Of a stretch of 64,000 nucleotides of DNA, positions 13,701 through 26,000 are shown piece after piece (position 1 is the first letter of the stretch; the number at the start of each line of letters is the position of its first letter). Where the stretch lies: positions 479,267 through 543,266 of the forward strand of contig NMRA01000091.1 of the NCBI GenBank assembly GCA_002633005.1, read 5' to 3'. A model generated the notes under the pieces. The model saw only the letters and a program-made list of their open reading frames with translations. It ran no database searches and was not told where the DNA came from. Position numbers and translations under genes: made by a program. The DNA comes from Phoronis australis (taxonomy: Eukaryota > Animalia > Phoronida).

Positions 13701-16700
13701 AAAGAAGTTAGCAGTAGTGCGAAATTGAATCAACCAGCTCCGCAGTAGCAGCCTAACATTCTGCCACTGACCTTAACCCCTCACTTTCAATGGTAAAGAC
13801 ACCAGCGCTGTTTTCAACAAATGTCTGACAGACAACGGTGGGAATTGGCGAGTTGTAAAATCACTAAACCATCAGTTGCTCTCTAGCTCTGGTCAAAGCT
13901 TCTAACCTCAACAACAACTAATAATCCTAAAAATGTGTTTTGGCCATGAAACTGATCGTGTCCTTTTCATAGAGAATTTGCACTTCAGCTTTGATGAAAT
14001 GTTTTGTTGTACCGGATTTGATGTGATAATTTAACGTGCACTTGTCATGTCTCGCTTTCTGTTCCCAAATTCACTAAATAATTTGAGTAATTGTTCGTAA
14101 CTGTAGCATCCTTGTACAAATATCTTGCTTGAGATAATGACTAATAATTAGTGTGAGTGACCTGTGTACTATTTTGCAAAATAATCACAGCGGGGGGTTA
14201 GATGTCCTTTAAGCTGTACCAGATATGAATAGGCCACATTGTTGGGTTCATTGCACGAAACACCCTTTCTGCAACTGGTTTGTATAAGCTGAAGGAAAAT
14301 GTTTCGATTAATTCTCCAGCCCTTTGATTTGTTCAAATAGTTAACTATTCTATTGGTCCTCCCAGTTCCCAACTTTACTTAATATGCTTTCAACAAAGTG
14401 TTTGATTTTTGTAATGAACTTTTGCAAGATGGGGCCAAGGTTTGCATGATTTTATCAGTTTCACGTGAATAAAGCTATCGTTAATGGCCGCATCTTCCAC
14501 AAATGTGACCGATACGTTATTACAGAAGGACAGAGGCTCTTCAGCACGGCCTCAGGACAGCCATCCAGGTACCCATGGCTGTTATTAAGACAGCGAACAA
14601 ACTCTGGCCATCCATGACAGAATTGGGCAAAATTGGTAATTATGTACTTGATGTTGTACACAATGAATATTGTTAATAACTACTGAGTGGTCTGTACTAG
14701 GTGGATGGTATATATCTAGAGATGGGCAGTTTCAGTTCCTAGCACTAGCAGGGTCTCTTTGTTAACTCAGACATGTAGCTTCCTGTAGTGTCCTCATTCA
14801 GCCAAGGCCTTTCAAAGGTGCACTTTGCCCTGTTTAATTGGCTAAAAACAAACGTGGGATTAAGCCTTTTACACTTTTACTCTGATAATATTCCTTAACG
14901 TGATGCGTTTCATTTCCATTGCTAACTCAAGTCACAGACAATGCGTACACGCGCCATTTTGGAATTTGCTACTTCACGGTTGGCCAACCCCAATAAACTC
15001 TGAAACGTTGTCGGAGTTTGTCGGGGTTGGCCAACTAACAGTGCTAAGAATGGTGAAAGTTGTTTAAGTTGTCGAATTATGCTTGATATATGTGTTGCAG
15101 AATGATCAGTTCTTGGCATGGAATATCAAAACCTTTTAAATCATCTGGCAGGCTTGAATTGAAGTCTAGTTGCACACTTTCCGTCAAAGATCCAACTTTT
15201 GTTTTAGACTACTTACAGCTATGAAATTGATCTCCAGTCGTTCTTTTCTCTAATCATCGGTGATTTCTGGTCTCAGAAAGAACTGACGTTTGTTATTGCT
15301 TAAATCCAGGCTCAACAAGTTGACTTGTCATGGTGGGTCATTTTTGTTATTGCTTAAATCCATGCCCAACAAGTTGACTTGTCATGGTGGGTTATTTTTG
15401 TTATTGCTTAAATCCAGGCTCAACAAGTTAACTTGTCATGGTGGGTCATTTTTGTTATTGCTTAAATCCAGACTCAACAAGTTGACTTGTCATGGGTCAT
15501 TTTTATTATTGCTTAAATCCATGCTCATCAACAAATTGACTTGTCATGGTGGGTCATTTTTGTCATTGCTTAAATCCAGGCTCAACAAGTTGACTTGTCA
15601 TGGTGGGTCATTTTTGTTATTGCTTAAATCCAGACTCAACAAGTTGACTTGTCATGGTGGGTCATTTTTTGGCAGAAATTCTTTTCAAGCCCTGAAACCA
15701 TTTCTTATTTGAGTAGATGTGTTATGAACTGGTAGGTAGTATGCTCTACTGTCTGGTTGCAGGAAACATTTCATGCAAGTCAGATCTGCAAGTGGGTGCA
15801 AAGTGCCTGGAGACAGGAGTCTGGGGGGCGTATCAAAACGTCATGACCAATCTCAAAGACCTGAAAGAAGAGGATATCAGGAAGAAGGTATTTTTATGTG
15901 CCCACATATTTATATGTGGAGGCATTATGCCGTCATATCCGTCCGTCCGTCCGGGCGGGGTCCGTCCGGCATCTACTGCTCTATCTCCAAAACCCTTTGA
16001 CTTGCATTCATGAAATTTGGCACATATGTTCCATTTATGAATGGAACGGCATGAGCGAACTTTCGGACAGATCCGACTACCGGTGTGCCCCCTAGTGGCA
16101 ATTTTAGTTTTTTACGCTTACCTTTGTATCTTCAAAAGCCCTGAACGGATTTTCATGAAATTCGGTATGTAGGCACCTATTAGTGAGTTGACGCTATCCT
16201 CCTGTTTTCGAATGGATTCGACGTAGTTTGCGCCACCTAGTGGCCATTTTTACTGTTTTTGTCCACCCCTCTATCAACCAAACCGTTCAAAGGACAATTG
16301 TGAAAATTGGCATGTATGTGCTTCCTATAACGAGGACGATTGATGATGATTTTCCGACGATTTTGACTACTGTGGCACCTCCTAGTGGCAGTTTTGTTTT
16401 TGTTGGGCCTATGGCTGTATCTCCTAAACTGCTCTTAGGATCTTTATACTTAATTTATCAAGTGTATTTATATGATGTTGACTACGGATGACGACGACTG
16501 GCAATTTTAATTTTTTTACGTTTAACTCAGTATCTTCAAAGGTCCTCAACAGATTTTCATAAAATTTTAAATATAGGCTTCTATTGGTGTGATGACGCTA
16601 TCTTCCTGTTTTTGGATGGAATGGAGGTATTTTGCACCACCTAGTGGCCATTTTTTGCTATTTTCAAATCTTGTTTTTGGTGTCCACCCCTGTATGTTCT

Positions 16701-18299
16701 CAATATGAAGATGACCTTTGATGATGGTGACTGACTACTATGGCGCCTCCTAGTGGTAGTTTTGTTTTGCGCCCATAGTTGTATCTCCTAAAGCCACTGC
16801 AGAATCTTTCCTAAATTTTGTAAGTGTATTTATATGAAGATAACAACAGACGATGACGACAACTTTCAGGCCGATCCAACGGGCACTGTGCCCACTAGTG
16901 GCAATTTCATTTTATTCTGTTTTCCTTTGTTTCTATGATGTTCCTTGGCAGACTTTTATGAAATATGGCATGTTCCTGTTTTTGGATGGATTGTATGTTT
17001 TTGCGCCATCTAGTGGCCATTTTTATGATACAAATAAATAACCCTAAAAGCACACCATTTGCAATGCATTCATGGGCGTTCTTGTTTGTAAAAAAAGGTT
17101 TAGTCAAATTGTTCAAGCAGACTGCAAAATTTTGCTTGGGTATGATAGCATCTCACGAAGTTAGGACACAAATGTTCACAATTACATTGTTAGTAGTCTT
17201 CAAAAAATGAAAAGAAAAAGTGAATTTAGGACTATTTTATTTGTCCAAAATTCGTGAGGTTTTATGGTAAGGCAAAATCTAGATTGTCTGAAAGGTTGAG
17301 TGCCTGAACTGGGGCAGTCAAAGACTAGGATCAAGTGAAGATTTGACTTATGTTTATGGACTTCAAGTTATACCATATTTCTAAAATGTCACTTTGAGGA
17401 TTTCAGCTTTATTCATTCTTCTGCCTGTGTTAATGGAGCAGACTAAAATGTTTGCTGTATATTGCATGATGCTATTCTAACCTAGACATTGGATTTTTGT
17501 CTCTGTACAATGCCTCTATTTAAAATATGGTGAGATCTTAAAACGTAATACTTTTATAATTTTTTGAGTAATTGAAATGTTAATGAATAACTAGACATGT
17601 TTTGTATATTCAAGTTAAATGCATCTCTTCCAAAATACACAAAACAAAGATTAAGAAAGAAAAATGAAAGGCAAGTTAATGTGATGTAGGACCCTCGAAA
17701 AATGGTCACATTTGGGAAACTTTGGAACATTGTATCTCAGAAATGGCTTATTGAATTTATATGAAACTTTCAGGCGCCATAATTAATGCACCGTTCTCCA
17801 AAATGCGTTAACAATTGTTTATTAAATTTTACACCTCTCCATGAGGGGCTATCAAAAAGGGACTTTTATGATTTTTATGAAAAAAGGAAAAGTTGTATGA
17901 ATTTAAAAATAAAGGTCTTAGAAAACTCTAACTGAATATTTGAGATTTCACCTTGAATATTTATATTAAAAAAAATTTAGACACTTTATTGATACCATTG
18001 TTCTACAATCAATGTACCCATGTTTTTCTAAAGTTGATTCAAAAGGTGTGTCAGATTTAGTAAAATGTCAAAAATAGAATTCTGCAAGCTTTCTACTTTC
18101 AGAAAATTTATACTTTAAAAATTTATTTTTGGTTAAAATCTTTAGTTTTGTGGTTATTCAGCTGAATACACAGGCTTATTTACATGACCTTCAACATCAT
18201 ATTTGTGACCTTCAGATCCAGGAGGAGGCTGATAGTGAACTGATGCTCGCTCAAAATGGCTGTAAGGATGTGTTAGCTGTCATTGAAGCAAGGAAATGA
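10797..18299 (+). CDS. FTCD: Formimidoyltransferase-cyclodeaminase, 3' part (linker plus cyclodeaminase domain); 5' exons not found in the window
   Basis: Phase-consistent GT-AG exons: 10797-10858 (VIERLGLNSLGAFKPKERIIE), 12366-12492 (YMVQ...VGARSPSPGGGSVSAMVSAM), 12860-13021 (GAALGSMVGFLTYGNRKF...DADAMAFNDYM), 13565-13608 (MALKLPKNTEEE), 14526-14635 (RTEALQHGLRTAIQVP...LWPSMTELGKI), 15763-15887 (GNISCKSDLQVGAKCLETGVWGAYQNV), 18216-18299 (IQEEAD...IEARK stop). These match recognisable FTCD motifs. Confidence 0.95.
11731..11810 (+). repeat. Degenerate tRNA-derived sequence (SINE head or tRNA pseudogene)
   Basis: A-box-like TAGCTCAGTTCATTAGAGC and B-box-like GGGTTGGAGTCC at tRNA spacing. The invariant GG and TTC positions are mutated. 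Confidence 0.5.
12140..12312 (+). mobile_element. 3' end fragment of the HINE-like family
   Basis: ACACCATTTGCGGTGCATTCGTGGGCGCATTTC...CTTGTT matches the 3' end of the 15889-17090 element (ACACCATTTGCAATGCATTCATGGGCGTTCTTGTT). Confidence 0.55.
15290..15670. repeat. Minisatellite, ~54-bp unit, ~7 copies, in an FTCD intron
   Basis: Unit TTGTTATTGCTTAAATCCAGGCTCAACAAGTTGACTTGTCATGGTGGGTCATTT repeated head to tail. Confidence 0.95.
15889..17090 (+). mobile_element. Near-complete non-autonomous Helentron/HINE (DINE-1/pearl-like) element with ~145-bp internal core repeats
   Basis: 5' TTTTTATGTGCCCAC with a short hairpin (CCACATATTTATATGTGG), then a (TCCG)n microsatellite, then diverged core repeats with GYGCCMCCTAGTGG-like motifs at ~16085, 16230, 16374, 16634, 16743, 16888 and 17003. 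The 3' subterminal ATGGGCG is complementary to the 5' end, and the element ends CTTGTTT in a T-rich site. Confidence 0.7.
17677..18195. mobile_element. MITE, TTAA-flanked family (Kolobok-like), copy 1
   Basis: TTAATGTGATGTAGGACCCTCGAAAAATGG ... TTTACATGACCTTCAA. Internal ACTTTGGAACA..TATCTCAGAAATGGCT..TTG is shared with copies at 41594, 47094 and 50180. Confidence 0.6.
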
Positions 18300-21200
18300 G
18301 TGACGTGCGGAGACAGACGATATCAACCAACAAAAAGCTCTGTATTTTTTGAAAACAGTGTTTTGTCTTTTGCCATTTGCTTATAAAGTTATGTCTTTCG
18401 TGTGTGTTTTGAATGCAAATTAGTACTTGTACGGTCCTTTGAAATGTGTGATAACACATTGTGACTTAGTCACTGTGTATGTTTTTGCGAATAAGCTGGC
18501 ATCACATAAGCGAGAGATATCGAGCCCAAATTTTTGGTTTGGTTTGCATTTATTTTTATCAATGCGTGTTTGCGCTTGTCTTTGCCATTTGAGCACTTAA
18601 AATTCAAGGTCCTATGTAACTTATAGAGATGTAATGATAGAGTGTGATTTGCAGTGATGTTTGGCTTATCCTGTGTGGAAAGAGGGTGGAGCTTTGTCTA
18701 TGCGTCTTGTACTACTTAAATTGCTTGAGTAGAGATTGCAATGGCGTACCAATTTATCTATGACTGAATCAGATATTTAATAGCAAAAGCCAAAAATAAT
18801 CCCAAAATAAGAGGGGGATTAATCATGAAAGCGACTTGATCAAAATCAGAAAACCTATTACACTTCTCGGTCATTCGCATTATCAGGGCACACAAGACAC
18901 AGTTGATGGACATAACCGACTGGTTTCAACGAAACCAGATTTGGTTACTGATCTTGATGTGCTGTTAGCTTGGTATGTCTCAATGTGATTCTGGAGATGG
19001 AAATGGATCTATGCTTGTGTAAGTAACCATGTATCCAACTGTCACCCATGAAGGTTACTTAGTAGTCATAATCTGTGACTGATACTATTGCTGTACTCGC
19101 GTTCCATTTGCCGTCCAAAATTCCGGGGCTTTAGCGAGTACGTCAAGTACGTACCTTGAGTGGTAGTCGTACTTAAAATGGTGGATGGTCGTACTTAAAT
19201 TGAGGTGTGGTGGCCAAGAAGCGGGCCCTTACAAAAATACCAATTTCCGGCTGTTCAGCCGAGTATTAATTACAGAGCTTAATTGCTATGCATACTGGGT
19301 TGCTCTCTTGATCCAAACATCTGGTATTATTTACCATGTGTTCATGAGGTTTGGTTGAACGGTGTGCAGCTCACGGCCATTACTAAGGTCAGCATGGAAT
19401 TGTTTTGTATTTTTAAGGATTCGTGCAATAGAATCTCCAAAAATAGTACAAACTGAGGACAAATATGTTCCATGAACATTAGAGTAATTAACTTTTATTT
19501 ACTTTGAAGTTTGTGAAACCAATGACAATGGATGGTCAGGTCACTCTGTCATTCCAACATGCATTGTCAAGGTTTCGTTATCTTTTTTGTATTTGAACGG
19601 ACTAAAATGAAAGATTTTGGAGGCGCGTATGAAGTACTGAGAGATCTAACAGATCACTGTACCTCCATTTAAGTATGACTGTACATTGTTTTCAGTAGGA
19701 CCACTGGTCAAGGCATGTACTGCGATTAACGGTTCCATTCGACGTGGTGTGTCCCATTAAGTTATGGTGCAGTGTTCACTTGTTCTGTTTTGTTTGTATT
19801 GCACAGTGGCAGCTTGTTGTCTTCTTTTGGACAGTTATCTCTCTCTAGACCTGGGCTCTGTTTCATGGACAGTGACCTAAGACTTGGACATTTATCTCTC
19901 TCTAGACCTGGGCTCTGTTTCATGAACAATGACCCAAGACTAGAGACAAAAATTTGGTCTTAAGCTCAAAACAGGTATTTTAAAATTAAAGCAATCTCAC
20001 TCAAGCAAATGTGCAGTCTCTGAGAATGAACACATAACTGCTGGTTATTGAGATAATTTCTAGACTGCGGGCGCTCGTAATTACTCGGATAAATCTTTTT
20101 TCAGCACTTGGGAAGTAATAGCATCAGACCAAATTTCTGCTTTGAGTCTCGAGTCTATCATGTAACAGACCCCATTCTTTGATAAATATAATTGCAAGGA
20201 TATAGATGCTGAAAGTGATCCAAGTCCCTGCATTGATTTTTAGGTCATTTTGAAAGAGGAGTTGAACTACCTTTTTATAGGTTTTGTTGAAAAGGAGGTC
20301 TGAGCCTTTATAAATATATTCATTACAAGTAATTATTCTGATTAAGCTCTACATGTATATCAAATTTAGTGTCCACAATTTTCTTTTAATATGTATTTTT
20401 CTTTTGATTGACAAGATTACTGATGACTTGTGAAAGCTATTAGCAACTAGTATTATTGGACATAGAAAATGTACAAACAGAGAGATTTACTTATACAACA
20501 GAAATAGCGTTTAATTGAAGTGTATTTTTTTCTCACAATTCAACATTCCATTGTAGCCGTCCAACCACTTTCAGTGGCAGCCATTTTGTTAGTGAGGTTG
20601 TGATCTCGCATTAGCGTGATCTAACTAGTTCATGCATGTGAACCTGTGGACATCAGTTGTTACTGAATGTTGTGAGGCTCTTATTCCAAACTGACGGCAC
20701 TGGTGTTATTGCAGACATGCAGGTAATTTATAGGATGGCATAGTACGGTGTTTTTACTGTGCATAGGCAGATTTCGGGGAGCAGATCTTTCCTTTTGAAC
20801 ACGACCAAAAAACTGCTACTATTCCTTCGCTGGTTTACTCTTCGTAGTCATAAAATGACGAAGTAGTGAAGATATAATGTCATAAGAAAGACCAGTGCTT
20901 CCACAAATGTGCTGAAAGATTTTGGGAACGTAGTTAAGTTCCCGAATGGGACTGTTTCACACAAGTGGCCATTTACCCCTGAACCTACTGAATTTGGTGA
21001 GGTAACAAATTACACTGGACCTTCCAAAAAATACCTGTATTCTGCCAACCTTTCTTGTTAGGCTTCATTTTGAAGCTAAAGTGAATTAGATGAATTTTTA
21101 TTTGTAATCGTGAGACTGTTGAAAGATACACTGTTTTGTCATTTTTATTGAATGTTACTGTACACGTATGTCTGTTAAGAATCTAGTTATATTTGTTTTT

Positions 21201-21649
21201 ATCTTTATATAGTGGAGTATTTTTGTAAATGTGACTTGGTACCGTTTGAAAATGTTGGCTTGCTTATTGCAATAAATTGTTTGACTCTTCTTTCATTATC
21301 TTCAATTAGCAACATTGGTGGTTCGGTGAGGATCTGTGTTTGTCCACAAAGAAAATTTTTAGACTTTTATTATAAAGTGACAAACCAAATATATCACATT
21401 AATTTTGAGTAAACTGCAAGTGCATACTTCAACCGTTGTTTAATTATTTTTGTCTACAACCGGATAAACATCAAATGAATTATTCCTCAGGCTAAAGCAG
21501 TTTGATTTACAAGAGCAATGTATAGTTGATATGTGCCTACTGTGTGCATTGCAAATAGCAAAGATATAAGGAATGGTAATTTATTTTTCAACATTTTTGT
21601 GCACTAGGGTGCAGTGCTAGTCCTCGGAAAATTGGCAAATGCAATCCCG

Positions 21650-22520
21650 ATAGATGAAATTGCTACAAGGGAAACAAAAATTACCACAAGAGATCCATCC
21701 AATAATCAATGCCAATCATGGTCACCATAAAGGTCACGTTTGCCACTTCTAGGGGTTTGCCAGATATAGTGAGGGAGGTACCGAAAGTGAGCACAAAACT
21801 AACAAAATTGGCTCTAGGAGCCACAGCACAAATCTTTCCGAAAATGGGCAAGTTCTGCTTCATCCATGGATAATATATTTGCCAAGATTCAGGAAGAACT
21901 TTTATTAATAGAGAGATATTGAGGCAAACAAAAAATGAAACTGCCACAAGGGCGCATAGTAAAAGTGGGAACCATCCAAAAATCAATGTCGCATAGCTTT
22001 CCATCACTGGAAACACCTACATCAAATTTCGCAATATTATGATTCTTTGAATAGTTTGAAAGAAAGAAAGATATATACCAAAAACGGACACCAAAATACC
22101 AAAAAATGAAAACTAGGGTGTGCACAATACCGGAGATGCCCGAAGATAGGCAGGTGCTGTTGTGTCACGAAGCTCCACCAAGGGAGACATGCAAAAAAGT
22201 AAAATTGCAACAAGAGGGCACAGAATTAGTAGGATCCGTTCATAAATCAATGAAATAAACCGTGCTCTTGATAACAGGTACACATCACCCAAACTCGATG
22301 ATGCTTTAAGAAATTATGTAGATATTGAGGCAGGTGCAAAAACAAAACTGCACGACTAGAGGAGCATAGCAGTAATTGGAATGCCTTTAAGTTAATATCA
22401 GCCATGCTCTGCTCACTAGAAAATATGTTAAATTTCACGACAATCCTCGACCAAACTTGGTAAATACTGAAACAGGCGTACAAAACAAACCGCCACTAGA
22501 GGACATAGCAGTATCCACAC
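21650..22520 (-). mobile_element. Degenerate HINE-like core-repeat array (reverse orientation)
   Basis: Reverse-oriented core motifs TGCCACAAGGGCGCATAG (~21942), GCAACAAGAGGGCACAG (~22207), CACGACTAGAGGAGCATAG (~22351) and CCGCCACTAGAGGACATAG (~22490). Boundaries are approximate. Confidence 0.45.
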
Positions 22521-22819
22521 ATATTTCTATTCACTATACATATATGATAGTTGGAGTTAATAAACTTTGTGTGTCAGTAGAAACTTAACGACTGTGTTTG
22601 TTTTTATGCTGCTCTCCATCAACTTGCAGTGGCTACCTTGTTAGCCAACTATCTATTTACCGTTCAACCAAGAACTGGGTAACCCAACAACACTACAGAT
22701 GTCTGCCTCTGTTGTTTTCAACATATCTCTCACAGAGAGAGAGTAGTAGTATATCAGCAAAATGCCCATCACACCTCTGTTGTCTTCAACACATCTCTCT
22801 TAAGACAACACATCTCTCA

Positions 22820-22907
22820 CAGAGAGAGAGAGAGTGAGGGAGAGAGAGAGGGAGTGAGGGAGGGAGGGAGAGAGAGTAGTAGTAGTATTAGTAGTAGTGG
22901 TAGTAGT

Positions 22908-22982
<75 letters not shown>

Positions 22983-22983
22983 C
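22820..22983. repeat. Compound microsatellite (GA)n-(AGT)n-(AGC)22
   Basis: Read directly from the sequence; pure AGC run 22908-22973. Confidence 0.97.
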
Positions 22984-23003
22984 GTATGTCAGCAAAATGC
23001 CCA

Positions 23004-26000
23004 TCACGCCTCTGTTGTCTTCAACATATCTCTCACAGACTGAGGCAGCATACACATGGACCCTGGTTTGACTCTCTCAGTCACCCGAAAAACAAAACCT
23101 TCCTGTCCCTCGAGAATAGTTCTCTCTTTATTCCAGTCGAACAGAGCACCATCCGTTGTCTCCAGAAAAGGATTGATCTCGATGACCCAAATCTTATCAT
23201 CTGAAAAAGAGTTCTTACAATGCAGGCCAAAATAATAGGACAAAATACCACTTCTTCATCGTGATGGGTAACGATGGGTAACGACTTGTCATATCTAGCT
23301 ACCCTGATGGTGTATTCCACTTACACTCAGTCGTCACAGCGCACAATTCTGGGTAATCTAAATTTGATTATTCTCGGCATGTTCAATTACTTACTTATGA
23401 GTGGGTAAAATATGGACAATGATAATAAACACTGGCTGCCTACCAAGACAATTTTATGTCACCACGCCATGTGCAGCATTGAATTAGATGCTGTGTCATG
23501 GATCACAGCATATTTCAAATTTGAAAAAAATTATCAAGTCATTTTACAAATAAAGTAAACATGAATACATCTCACTAAAAACATGAAATGTAAAAGGACA
23601 TGGATAACAATGCATCATTTTTGATCTTTCATTTCAATACAAATTGAATAATTGAAACATGCAATAAATACCAGCGTGGCTTGCACATCTAAGTCAAGTG
23701 CAAAGATCCTTCTTTAGGCTGCTTGTACAAACAAATCAGTGAATTCTCGTCAAACATGATGGTGATGCAGAAAAAATATGCAAAAGGGATTTCGCCAAAC
23801 AGACTAAGTCTTAGCATTGTGCGATTTGATCAAAGCAGCATACTTCTGGTTTGAAAAACTCATTTTCATGATTTGTTTATGAAAACGACGGAAAATGTTC
23901 GATGTAAACAATGTAACTCACACAGCCAAATTGACCAAAAATGTCTTCAAAAATGTAACAGTCCCTTAATTGTCAGTTGTCGTCTGCGTTAGCTAGACTG
24001 TGTAAATAGACTCTCCCACTTGGAATAGTTTGTCTGATTCTCAATGGGGATGCACATTGTTTCTTCACTCAACAAGACTGATATTAGCTCTCGCAAACAA
24101 CTCGAAGATGAAAAAAGACTAGACAGTTAAGATTATTACACAGTTGAAGAAAAAAGAAGATTATTAACTTTTGCAGCAACAAGTACTGCAGTTCTTACCA
24201 CAAACTGCAAAATCTATCACATAGTTCTTGACGAAAGTCCCAGCCAGCATCCTGTGTTTGACTTCCTTCTGGAAATAGTCTTTTATCCTTCCACACAGCT
24301 CCTGTTTACAAGCCACCAGCTTTTCTGAGTGTATAAGATAGTTGTACTGTGACAGAGCTGTTAAATCACCCTGGAAAATAAAGCAGTGCTAACCAAACAT
24401 TGATTCTAACTTCAACTAAGTTTTGAACACAAACAACCGTAATGTATGGAGATTGGGCTAGGCTTGAACACAATGAATGTGCAAGCCATTTTCCGCATGT
24501 GCACATCCAAGCTTAAGTATGGATTGGCATTTGAAAAGCAAACAAGATGAATGTCTATTTGATGCACATATTCACTTTTTAGGTCCACACAACACCAATG
24601 ATGTGAAGCAAAAATCGCAAACTTGAAACTAAGATTTAAAGGAAATTAGCGGTTGCGAATCACCCCACTGTCAAGTGAACTCCATTAGGTCCATGGTTTT
24701 ATTATGTACAATTAAGAATACTAGATTGCTGCATTTAAGAACCAAATCAAAGGGTTTCATCCCAAAACATGAGTCAAAGCCAAACTTTCAAAGATGACAG
24801 TGCATCACTTTCCTCTAAGTCTAAAGCTTCCTCTTTATTACGCCAACAGCAATGTGTGACACAGGCAGCACACTCGTCAACGTGACTTTGATGCCATTTT
24901 CAAGATCATAGCCAGAAAATCATGTTTAACTTGGGAACCTATTGTTGGCATATTATCGTAAGAGATTTTCAGGTTTTGTTCAAGTTTTGTAGCGAGGTGT
25001 GGCTGGGACATCTTCAGGTGACAGTCATATTCGACCACTTTGACTCGAAATCGTAGTGAGAAATGTTGAAGCTGCATCACATCAAACACTGCATAAAAGC
25101 TCATTGTTTAAAGCAAATGTTGTTCCTATGAAAATTTTGAAATTTAGTGTTTATTTTCAGATGGAAATAAAGTGTTGCATAGATTATCTTCACACACAGA
25201 TGTTCTATAGTGTTAAAGATGTATGCATATAATCCCAAGGTGGCCAAGGACATTTTTCATCACTGTGTGACAAATGCTTGTTGAATTTGACTTGGCTACA
25301 GCTTGACAACAATGCATAATGTTATATATTCACACTGACACTTGAAGAACAATTTTGCCACAATTGATTTTCCAAAGGATGTTGTCAATAGACCACTTTC
25401 CAAAAATGTTCAGAGGTATTCTTGCAATCTCTGCAAATCACAAAATCAGATAAATCGATCAGTATGGCTTGTAAAGCAAAAAACTGTACATAACAAATAG
25501 CTCGTTTTGAAAATCAAATTCACTCCGTACAACTGTGGTACTACGCGTTTGTCCAACACAGATTATTTCAAGGGCCCCCTATTATATCAAAAAATGCAAA
25601 TGGGTTTCAAACACATGTCCCATACTCAAAAACTTCATAACAACACAGGGTCACTAGTGGAAGCTCACCTCATACACAAATCCACGAAATTCCATATCCA
25701 CGTCAATGTGAACAAACTTCCTGATCACAAAATGTTCATTAAACCGCTCTTTACATTTTGTCGCTAACAACATGTCTTGATAAATCCGCTCACTTCTCAC
25801 AAACATTTCAATTACTTCAGTGGCATTCTTTACCTTCTGTGCTTGAAAACCAGCTCTTAAAAGACAAGTTATTTTAACATTCTCAGAGATTCTAACTTCA
25901 TGTGGATAATTGTCAAGTTCAGACAGATACAACTGTTTAAAACGTTCTTGAACAAGAGGGGCGTCCTTAGCACTTCTTGAAGATGTTTTAACGAAGCCAT

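Noticed and set aside
15290-15712. 140-aa ORF of LLLLKSRLNKLTCHGGSF repeats
   Set aside because: Translation of a 54-bp intronic minisatellite.
22854-23204. Poly-serine ORF on the plus strand
   Set aside because: Microsatellite translation, antisense to the last exon of the ATP-grasp gene.
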